From Sanchytrium tribonematis (taxonomy: Eukaryota), in the NCBI GenBank assembly GCA_018985235.1, contig JADGIG010000005.1, positions 50,511 through 70,510 on the forward strand: a DNA stretch of 20,000 nucleotides, given 5' to 3'. This document shows positions 10,864 to 20,000 of the stretch, piece after piece. Each line of letters begins with the position of its first letter. Positions within the stretch are counted from its first letter, which is position 1. Both the position numbers and the translations under genes were made by a program. The notes under the pieces were generated by a model that ran no database searches, was not told the origin of the DNA, and worked only from the letters and a program-made list of their open reading frames with translations.

Positions 10864-11069
10864 TATTTGGTGAAAAATTTATCATAAATGACTGTATTTT
10901 CCATTTGTTTTACACTCACTTCCATATCTTGTATCTTCAAATTTAGTGATTTTTGAGTTTCCACCAATTCATTCGCCAACATTTCCCACTGTGGCTCTCG
11001 CCTCTCAATTTTTAATTCTTTAAGTTCTTTTAAAGAGTTTAATAGCTTTTCAAGTTGGATATCTGACAT
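10860..11069 (-). CDS. Small coiled-coil hypothetical protein (69 aa)
   Basis: ATG-initiated ORF that fills the gap between two genes in a genome with almost no spacer DNA; heptad-like composition; family not recognised. Confidence 0.65.
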   Translation of the reverse strand: MSDIQLEKLLNSLKELKELKIERREPQWEMLANELVETQKSLNLKIQDMEVSVKQMENTVIYDKFFTKY

Positions 11070-11101
11070 TTTGTTTCGAATATTTCGAACATAATCAAGG
11101 G

Positions 11102-13265
11102 ATGCAACAGATTAATCAATTATCTCATGTAGAATCCACTCCTATACAAATTATTAAATATCTGGATGCAGGTTCATTTTCGCAAGTATTTCTATGTCAA
11201 ACCCCCACAAATCTAGCCGTATTGAAGATCACTTCGTCCCCACCACATATGCAGAGCATTTCTAAAGAGTTAGATATTCTGAAAGCTTTAAAAAAGCAAC
11301 AAAATGACTATCTAGGGGCGTTCCTTGTAGGATATTATGCTGGAGAGGTCACTCATAGTCATGCATGTTTATTATTAGAATACTGCAAAATGAATCTTGT
11401 TCAATACATGAATAGCATGATGCCAAATCAATTTCCCATCACAACCGTGCTTCATATTATGTATGATATTTCACAGGCCTTATATTTCTTACACGCAAAT
11501 GGCATTATACATAGAGATGTTAAATTAGAAAATGTTTTGCTAAAAGACCAAAGACAATCTGGAAGCACATATACACCAACCTATTGTCTTTGCGATTTTG
11601 GCAGTTGTACAACTAAAACTATTCCATATAATACGTTACCTCATAACGTTGAAGAAATCAAATATGATATTGAGCAATTCACCACACTGCAATATCGGGC
11701 ACCTGAACTTATCGATCTTCATCTTAGAAGAGGAATTAGTACTAAAGTGGATGTATGGGCCCTTGGTTGCTTATTGTTCAAACTCTTGTATTACCGAAAT
11801 CCCTTTGATAATGAATATGGAATTTTGAGCTACAATAATAATATTACACAACTTCTTTTACAAACAAATAAAACTATACCCTTGGAAGTCAAAGCCATGC
11901 TTGAAAAGAGCTTGTGGACCGATCCAGTTGATAGATGGAACGTTTGGAATGTTTTAAGCCAGTTATGTGAAATCAAAGGCTCAAACTGTCCATTACAAAA
12001 TATTTTTCAGGAAGAACAGATACAAAGGCAAACAGTGGCACCCGCTGATAAAAGCGTTCATCCTTTGATAAAGGCTGCCACCAACTCCCAACAGGGATTG
12101 CTTAATCAAGCAGTAGGCATGACTGATCTGGCTCAACAAAGAAGGGCAAATAGAGCGAAAACTCATCCTGTTGATTTAAACGCATCCCTTGTTGATTCTT
12201 TTGAGGATTCAAACAAATTCCCATCATTAGAGAAGCTAAATTCTCCCCGTATTTCTACAACTTCAGCAATACCAAGCCTGCCTCAAACTGATATGTTCCC
12301 GGATTTGGACTCGTTTGAAGCATCTTACGGAAATCGATCCAGTGTACCGGCACCACTTTTTAATCAGTTTGAGCCACAAAGCGACTCAAATCTTTCCCCT
12401 CAAGGAAATAATTTCTCAAGCGGCTCAAGAAAAGCCAGTCTTAAGCATTCAAACATAGTTGATGATCCAGCATTACTTCTTCAAAACATCATCAAATCCA
12501 CAGACCTTGAGGATATTGGTTTACTTTTGAAGTGGTCATGGCAAAAATATCACGCAAAAGAAGACCCCATAGCTTCAATTCTCGCCCAAATTAGAATTTT
12601 GATGGGACAAATTGGGGTTATCACTACTAATGTTCGAAGTGTTTTTAGAGCATGTCTTGCCCTTCATTCTTTATTATTATATGGCCCCAGCACTGTACCA
12701 AGCCAATCTAATTTGGAAAGTGTCTTGCAGTCATTAGAAGGATACCAAAATAGAATGTCCAGTTTTTATGCAAGGTATCTGCGGGAGTTTTGTTCACTTT
12801 TAAAGCAAAATAGTATGAGTGGTCGATATCGAGGTGGCAAGGCAAGAAATCTTACCACTTTAGCGAGAGCCATTTTGACTCACATTCAAATTCATGTAGA
12901 TAGATTTTTAAATATGAGAGAAGCTATGGGTGCTAATAGCGATATTGGATTGTGTTTGTTTTTGTTCTCTCAAGATGCAATGATGGCAATTGCTTCCGTT
13001 TCTGAAATGATTACAAATGGTATTTATTTTTGATTTAGATGTAGCTATGTCTGCCTTTGTCAAGCAAGCCATCAAGAAAGTGGCGGAATTAATTGATAGC
13101 TCTATTCAGTATTTCGAGCCATTACAAACGGAACTTCCTTTAGCTTTTGCCATGCTACAGCATACCAGAATATCTCTCTCCCCTTCAATGTACATACCCG
13201 AGCCTAAAGATGGAGAAATTAATCTAGAGGAAGATTTTCAAAAATTTTGGTGGGTATTCGCTTAG
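11102..13265 (+). CDS. NAK-family (Ark1/Prk1/AAK1-like) Ser/Thr kinase with C-terminal ANTH-like region; exons 11102-13019 and 13039-13265, 714 aa
   Basis: HRDVKLENVL, LCDFGS, NAK-typical TTLQYRAPELIDL, KVDVWALGCLLFKLLYYRNPF. Confidence 0.88.
13020..13038 (+). other. 19-nt spliceosomal intron (phase 1)
   Basis: GTATTTATTTTTGATTTAG; removal joins the two ORFs as ITN-D-VAMSAF. Confidence 0.9.
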
Positions 13266-13298
13266 TAAATTCGAGAATGGATTTATTGAATTAATAAG

Positions 13299-13799
13299 CT
13301 AAAGAAAATCAGACTGATTTAATTCTTTGAATAATTTTGGTACAGTCGTTATCATATCTGGCTGGTCCTGCAAACTTCTTATAATTGCAGTTCTCCAAAC
13401 TTGATATTGAGGATCATCAAATTTAATTGATTCCCAATTATCGGGTAAAATATATTTTTCTTTAGATTCTACGAGCGGCCTGATTCTTGGTCTTAAATCA
13501 TTTTCCTTGGCTGTCAAGGATTCATTTGTTTGGTTTAAATTCTGACTCGCTAAATTGTGTTGCGACTTTTTGACACCAGGTCTCTCTGCTGGTATTGGGC
13601 GCTCTCTAGCAACGGGTGTTGGCTTAGTCTTATTATTTGCTGGAGATTTTTCGGCGTAATACAAAATTTCTTTTGAACGGGAGACATTATTTGGAGATTC
13701 TGAATTTTTCTTGTTAAGCTGCTGTGGTAAGCTTTCTTGCATTTCTTGAACTAAATTGATAATTTCAGCTATTATCTGTGACTCTAATTGATCGCTCAT
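13299..13799 (-). CDS. Hypothetical protein (166 aa)
   Basis: ATG-initiated ORF filling the gap between two genes; helical N-terminus, low-complexity middle, compact W-containing C-terminus; family not recognised. Confidence 0.7.
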   Translation of the reverse strand: MSDQLESQIIAEIINLVQEMQESLPQQLNKKNSESPNNVSRSKEILYYAEKSPANNKTKPTPVARERPIPAERPGVKKSQHNLASQNLNQTNESLTAKENDLRPRIRPLVESKEKYILPDNWESIKFDDPQYQVWRTAIIRSLQDQPDMITTVPKLFKELNQSDFL

Positions 13800-13874
13800 T
13801 TCGAAATTATAATTGTTTCAGAATTAAAATTTATAATCCTAAAACAATATTTATTTATTTGAAAGGATAAAACT

Positions 13875-15210
13875 CTACAAATTCAGCAATGTCTTATCTA
13901 CCTCAGAAACAACTTTAACTGGAACCAACCTCCTGGTCACTAGTTGGAAAAACGAGCCAAAAAACAACATTGAAGCAGTCATGGTTAAAGTTATCACATT
14001 ATAGGGCATACTGAAGTCTGGTAGTGGTAATGTTGTTATTCTATTATTGCCATATATGTGGATGTTATCAACTTTAAAAGTAGCCGGACTATGTTAGTAC
14101 AATATACCCGAAATCTAACCCTCTATGAGCGTCAGGTTTGTATTCTTTGTAACGTAAAAATCCCTTCTCAAATTCAATCGAAAAAGTCAACTCTGACTTT
14201 GCTGGAACTTTTAAAAAATAATGTAGCACCGCTGGTTGTATTCTATCCTTACTGGGAAGGAAAAGAAAATTTTCTAAAAATGTTTCATTTCCTGACGATA
14301 ATTTCCACTTAGATGTATGCAAGTATAAACGAAAGTACCACGGAATTTGCTCATAATATTCAAGAGCAAGTGGAAAATCGTTATTATTTCTTAAAACAGT
14401 AATTAATTTGCCGGAATCATCTCCAAAACCACCTAACCAGCTGGAAGACACAAAATTGTGATAAGTTTCCATCTTTGACAATTCAGAAATTGGTGAGACA
14501 TCAATATTTTCCAAAAGGAAAACTCCGTCTTTTAATCTAGATTTAACATCAAATGGTTTAAAGGGTTCATATTTAATATTTAGCGCCAATGGTGGACAAG
14601 TTTCTATTCCAGAAATCTCCAACTTCAACAAACTGTTCAAAGTCTTATGTTGTTCTTTTCGCAAAATAGACTGAAAAAATATGTTGGTTACGTAAGACCC
14701 ATTTTTGAGTGTGCTCTTTAGGCTCATGCTGTAGTAGTAGCCATCAAATAGTGCAAGTGGATTTAAAAGTTCCGCTAATCCCATTCTTTTGCTACAGGGC
14801 AACAATTTGATAAAAGGTGTCAGATTTTCCGTGCATACAGCTTCTTGAGGCAATCTACCATGGAAATAGTTGCCAAACTTATTGACACTTTCAATCGAAG
14901 TTAAACTTGCACAAAATATGCCACTTAACACAGAATAAATTTGTTTAAGTGAAGTTTTTGAGTTAACTAGGATATTAGCGCCTACAGGTGATATGTTATT
15001 CATCCAATTACGGTCAAGTTTTGGTGAAAGACCTTTCCCAAATTGCAACTGCAATTCGCTTACATTTAATTTCGTCATGATATCAGATATTTGGGTACTT
15101 TGAATATCATTGAATTCGAACATAAGTCCAACCGCGTCATTAGGCTTATAAATTTCTACATTAGGGTATATTGTTAGCACTTCGGTTGCAAAAATAGGCA
15201 AAAAAAACAT
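13875..15210 (-). CDS. GPI16: GPI transamidase subunit Gpi16/PIG-T; exons 15210-14108 and 14088-13875, 438 aa
   Basis: LSGIFCASL, LPQEAVCTENLTPFIKLLPC, EYKPDAHRG; exon 2 (missing from the ORF track) encodes LPLPDFSMPYNVITLT and the C-terminal TM helix. Confidence 0.93.
14089..14107 (-). other. 19-nt spliceosomal intron (phase 2) with a perfect TACTAAC branch sequence
   Basis: GTATATTGTACTAACATAG; removal gives RGLDF-G-PATF and leads into the conserved PDFSMPYNV. Confidence 0.95.
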
Positions 15211-15233
15211 CTCCTGGGTTTTAAATTAGGTTT

Positions 15234-16547
15234 ATGACTATTTCTCATTTAAACCGTCAAGGATTGCAAAGCGATCTTGCAATAAAAGTACACTGCGATC
15301 ATTGCGCCAAAAATGTCAGTGATATAGTGAGAGTCAAATGCGCTGAATGTGAGGATTTTGATCTTTGCGTTGAATGTTTTAGCCAGGGAAAAGAAATGAG
15401 AGACCACAAAAATACTCACGACTATCATATTTCTGATCCATTAGCATTCCCTTTATTCAAATCAAATTGGACCGCAAGCGAAGAACTGCTTTTGTTAGAA
15501 GCAATTGAGCAAAAAGGAATGGGAAACTTCAGCGATATATCAATCTACTTAGGGTCTAAATCAACCCAAGAATGTAAAGATCATTATTATGAGTTGTATT
15601 TGGACAGTTCTTACTATCCAGTTCCTGATTTAAGGCATTTATTGCCGAATATATCCTTGATTCCATATCGCGAACCCCAAAATCGAGAATTACCTCAAGA
15701 ACTAGTTCAGAAACCGACACCATCAGTACCAGCTAACCATGAAGTTGGAGGATACCTGAGTGGTAGAATGGAATTCGACATGGAGTACGATGCTGAAGCA
15801 GAAAATATTGTGAAGGACTTGGAATTTTTCAACGATGACACAGAATTAGAAAGAAAACTTAAATTTACATTGATGGAAATTTATAACCGCAGCTTAGATC
15901 TAAAGTATCACCGCAGGCAACTTTTGTTAGAGCGTGGATTATTAGATTACAAAAAGAATGCAATGTTAGAAAGAAAAAGAAATCCTGAAGAAAAAGCAGC
16001 TTTGCATTTGATGAAGCCTTTTTCAAAATTCATATCTGTAGAAGACCATGAAGAATTGTTGGACGGATTGGTCAGATCGGCTGTAATTAAGAAAAAAATT
16101 AATGATATTCGCACGAAGCGAAGCTCGAAAAACTTGACATTTGCACAACTGAAAAAAAAGGAAGACGATCTCGCACTAAAGCAGCACACTTTTACTTCAG
16201 GTCAATTTATTATGAATGCACCTATGTTGGAAGGCCCGCCTAGTCTTTCAGCGACACCTCCACCGTTTTCACCTTCGAATTCTACGCCAAATTTACTGGA
16301 TATCAAAACGATGGATTTCTACGACTTTTTAGATGATAATGAAAAAAAATTCTGCGCGATTAGTCACTTGGCGCCAAAAGTCTTCTTAAGCTTTAAAGAT
16401 TTAATATTTGCGGGCGATGAAAACATTAGTAGGCAAACTCTAAGAGAAAAATTAAAATTGTCCGAAGCACAGTCGGATAAAATTTACGATTATTTTTGTG
16501 CAGTAGGTGCAATTTCTAGCCCTGAAATTGTGATGATGGATGATTGA
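15234..16547 (+). CDS. ADA2: Transcriptional adaptor Ada2 (SAGA)
   Basis: ZZ finger (CDHC...CAEC..FDLCVECF), SANT (WTASEELLLLEAI..GMGNF), GRMEFDMEYDAEAE, C-terminal SWIRM-like KIYDYF. Confidence 0.95.
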   Translation: MTISHLNRQGLQSDLAIKVHCDHCAKNVSDIVRVKCAECEDFDLCVECFSQGKEMRDHKNTHDYHISDPLAFPLFKSNWTASEELLLLEAIEQKGMGNFSDISIYLGSKSTQECKDHYYELYLDSSYYPVPDLRHLLPNISLIPYREPQNRELPQELVQKPTPSVPANHEVGGYLSGRMEFDMEYDAEAENIVKDLEFFNDDTELERKLKFTLMEIYNRSLDLKYHRRQLLLERGLLDYKKNAMLERKRNPEEKAALHLMKPFSKFISVEDHEELLDGLVRSAVIKKKINDIRTKRSSKNLTFAQLKKKEDDLALKQHTFTSGQFIMNAPMLEGPPSLSATPPPFSPSNSTPNLLDIKTMDFYDFLDDNEKKFCAISHLAPKVFLSFKDLIFAGDENISRQTLREKLKLSEAQSDKIYDYFCAVGAISSPEIVMMDD

Positions 16548-16590
16548 CCAATAAATTATTTTCAGGAAATTGTCTTTCTGAAACAGCAAA

Positions 16591-17581
16591 ATGGTCAATA
16601 TGAAGCATCTCTCACTTGTGACGCTTGTTGTCCAAAATTCTATGCTTGTATTGATTCTTCGGTATTCCAGAATCGCTAGCGATTATTTATCGACCACCGC
16701 CGTTTTAATGTGCGAAGTTTTGAAATTATTAATTTGCTTTGGTATTTATCTTAACGAGGCTGATGAAGTCGGAACTCCAAAGACGCCACTAGCTAAGCTT
16801 CAAGATATTGCTCATCCAAAGCACCAAAGTTGGAAATTAGCCATTCCTGCTTGTTTATATGCCATTCAAAATAATTTGCAATACGTGGCTGCATCTAACT
16901 TGAGCGCAGCTTCATTTCAAGTCATATACCAATTGAAAATTCTAACAACTGCGCTTTGTTCAGTTTGGCTATTGAATCGCAAATTGAGTATGCAGAAGTG
17001 GATTGCTCTAATAATTCTTACTGTTGGCGTTGCTTGCGTACAGTACAAAGGCGATAGCACTAATAATGAGAAAGGGAATTCGACTATTGGATTCATGGCA
17101 GTTCTTACAGCTTGCATGCTTTCAGGATTAGCTGGTGTTTATTTTGAAAAAGTACTTAAAACAACCAAAACTAGTTTGTGGGTCAGAAATATTCAACTGA
17201 GTGCTTGGTCTTTAATACCAGCTAGTTTTGGATGTATATTTGTTGATGGGGCAGCCATCAAGAATGAGGGATTTTTCGTCAATTACACTCACTGGACCAT
17301 TTGGGCAATTCTCTGCCAGGCATTAGGTGGACTAATTGTTGCGCTTGTAGTCAAAGTATATATAATTTATTTAGTACGCTGACAATATCTTGAAAGGCTT
17401 TGCCACTTCTATATCAATCATACTGAGTAGCATAGCTTCAATTTTCTTGTTTGGATTTGAAATTACATTATTATTCTTTATAGGGGCTTCTCTTGTGATT
17501 TATTCAACATATATTTACGGTTTGCCAGATAAGACTTCATATTTACCGATCAGAAAACAAGATACCAAAGGTGGCGAATAA
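16591..17581 (+). CDS. Nucleotide-sugar (UDP-galactose-like, SLC35A/Gms1) transporter; exons 16591-17355 and 17375-17581, 323 aa
   Basis: [56 protein letters not shown]; splicing rebuilds [15 protein letters not shown]. Confidence 0.93.
17356..17374 (+). other. 19-nt spliceosomal intron (phase 0)
   Basis: GTATATATAATTTATTTAG; removal rebuilds the SLC35A motif [10 protein letters not shown]. Confidence 0.95.
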
Positions 17582-17583
17582 AT

Positions 17584-19999
17584 TCACTCATTATGACTAA
17601 AGTAATGCATTCCATGATGCATTTCTGGTAAAACTTTAACTTGCATACCTTTTGACGGCCGTATTAACAAGCTACTATGATCATAATCTATAAAACAGTC
17701 TGGTAAAAGCAACATTCCTACTTTAAGTGGTTGCAATTGAAGTTTGATACTATCCGATTTTTGCAACCTTTTTCTAAACATTCCTTTAATAATCCATTCA
17801 GGTCTATCTTCTATGTGTGCCACATAGTTCAGTGCATCTGTTTCGATTTCGTATTCAACATTAAAAATCTGACTAACATGGTATACTTTTTGCTCAAATT
17901 TGTGGGTTATCTTAAAGGTTTCTGGTATAGTTCTCGGAGGTTTAATCACTTGATTTAATTCACAAGGAAATGACACATCTCGAAGGTCGTTCGTGAGCAG
18001 AGGCGCTTCAAAGTCTTTTAAGATTTCTTCGATATTGATATGTTTTTTAAATTCATCCGGCAAAATTTTGAAAAGGTCTTGCAGATCAGAGAATTGAGCA
18101 AAAGCTTTTTCTGCAATGTGTACGAAATTGACATGAAGCAAGAACTGAAATTTTAATTCATGCCTAAGAGCATTGGGCAATTTTACAACTTTTTGAATAT
18201 GGCCTAACATTTTTTGAAAAATGACTAAATAAATAAAATTTACAGCTATCTATAAAGCTGAATTGCAAATCCAGCTCGTAGTTGTCTTTAAAAAATATGT
18301 TGTACGTTTCACTTGGCAAAATTGTGAATTTTTCATATTCATTCAGCTTATGAACAAGCATTGCAAATTGACTAGTATTTTTAAGCATAAGATTATTCGC
18401 TGTGTGAACTGCCTTTACTTCCATTAATATAGGTTCCCTATAAATAAATATTTCTTCGACGCTACAGACATGATTTTTGCCAATGGCGTCGTCAAATGAA
18501 AATATGCAATTTACAGTAGAAGTTTTGGATATATTCACATTTTTTAACTTCAAGCTAAATTCTGCTACATTGCTCATCTCAGGAAGTATGATTGTTCCAT
18601 TTTGCTCGATTTGTAATGGTTTCTCATTTATATGACACAATTGCGGTATGATTGACTTTGAGTCGTGCTTCGTATGTAAATTGAACCTCCCATTTATAAT
18701 GTCGCTTAAAGGGCCACTTATATGAATTCCCAGTTGGTGAGTGTCGTCAAAATATTCAAAAAATTCAACATTGAATGCTGAAATTATAGGTGGAATCTCG
18801 ATGATAATGTTGTCACTGTAGTTGATAAAAAATTTAATCTTGTCTAGCAGAAAATTGTTGCAGACAAGTTTGTATTTGCCAGTCGGAATAACGTACAGAC
18901 TGGTATAAGTAAGAAGCGTATCGCCTTTCAGATCTAGCAAATTGCAACTAAGAGTGTATTGCTTTTGATTTGTCAAAGATTCAATTGTTAAAACACTCTT
19001 GGAAAAACGTATTTTGAATTCGAAATGATTATGAAACAAAATATCCAAGCACACCAAATTATTAACTTCTTTCACGGTGTTAGGCACTACCTTGGGCATA
19101 TGAAATATTTGCAGCAGCTCATATTCCAATTCATTAGTTTTGAGCTCCAGAATTTGATCCCATAAATTTTTAACATCTTGGAGATATAATAGTTGCTTTG
19201 ATAACTGTCTTAACAACACTTTACATTTTTCGTTAGTGTTTTTAAGGAAATCAAAGCACCTAAACAAGCTGGACAGCATATCATTTCTCATTTTATGAGG
19301 AAGCTCAATTTGGCGAAAGGAAAGCAAATTTTGAAGATATCCTACTGCTTCATCGTAATATTGAAGAATTTCATAGCAAACAGCTAGCTCTTTCTTCATT
19401 TTTATTGCATGTCTTTGCATCCCAATAGTCTCATACTTTTGGGCTGCACTTATACAAGCAGTCTCAATAAAATCAATGGCATTGTTTCTATTGTCCAAAA
19501 TCTCGAGAAAGAGTGCAGAAGTGGTCGACCATTTCATTTCGGGATTTTTCTGGATAAGGGATTTGACCAGCTGCACCTGATAGTGACTAAGCTCTCCAAA
19601 ATCGCTTTGCAATTGAAACACTTGCTGGTCATTAAGGTGAGTAGACGTCACTGCTCTTTTTAAATAGTTCAAGATTGAATTGATTATAGATACCTTCCAA
19701 GAAACTACAGATTCTTCTCCCAGCTTAATTTTGTTTCCATAGTTGATAAGAAAACTTTTGACATTTTTAGAGATATCTTCTGGTGTGTTTCTGAAATCGT
19801 ATATTAGGACTTTTTTATGCAAAATATAGTGAATAAAATCGAAATCACTTATCTTTGCTTCTAATATTAATTGTTGATAATTCTTATTTGGAATATCTAT
19901 AAGATTTATATTTGGGTTAAAGTCTTTTTCAGATTCAAATCTAGATATTTGCTCATAGGCTGCCTCAATTTCTTGGTACTCTATTAGTGCTTCATAAAA
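17584..19999 (-). CDS. TRAPP II subunit Trs130/TRAPPC10-like, 5' end outside window; exons >19999-18244 and 18224-17584
   Basis: Frame is open to the window end (FYEALIEYQEIEA, ISDFDFIHYIL); C-terminal WIIKG...LQPLKVGMLLLP...QVKVLP resembles the TRAPPC10 C-terminus. Confidence 0.8.
18225..18243 (-). other. 19-nt spliceosomal intron (phase 1)
   Basis: GTAAATTTTATTTATTTAG; removal joins the two ORFs as IDS-F-IFQKMLG. Confidence 0.9.
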
Positions 20000-20000
20000 C

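Noticed and set aside
16561..16582. Imperfect inverted repeat TTCAGGAAA...TTTCTGAA between ADA2 and the transporter
   Set aside because: Short and AT-rich; expected by chance.
2021..19663. Short antisense or alternate-frame ORFs in the track (e.g. 2021-2209, 3390-3704, 5282-5566, 11598-11828, 14058-14312, 19409-19663)
   Set aside because: All overlap well-supported genes and have no recognisable motifs; shadow ORFs.
795..19822. Alternative genetic code or programmed frameshifting as the cause of the split ORFs
   Set aside because: TAA, TAG and TGA all end conserved genes at sensible positions, and every split except the 48-nt block is explained by a 19-nt GT-AG intron.

Overview
AT-rich, extremely gene-dense eukaryotic DNA with fungal-like proteins and the standard genetic code; an early-diverging, genome-reduced fungus or opisthokont is my inference. 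It holds 14 protein-coding genes: Tfc6-like WD40 (5' end outside window), RalGAP-alpha-like RapGAP protein, Amt/Mep ammonium transporter, Prp38, Snf12/BAF60-like, Fcp1, ABC1/ADCK kinase, a small coiled-coil ORF, a NAK kinase with a C-terminal ANTH-like region, a hypothetical protein, Gpi16/PIG-T, Ada2, a UDP-galactose transporter, and Trs130/TRAPPC10 (5' end outside window). Main signal: seven genes that look broken in the ORF track each carry one spliceosomal intron of exactly 19 nt (GTAW-N7-TNAYWTAG). The putative branch A is invariant at -6, and all seven introns lie in the 3' third of their gene. Second signal: next to the RapGAP intron sits a 48-nt, stop-containing block made of two exact 25-nt copies (one direct, one inverted) of sequence from elsewhere in the same gene; removing it restores the reading frame. 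Intergenic spacers are tiny (divergent ATGs 23-32 nt apart; convergent stops overlapping or 2-33 nt apart).
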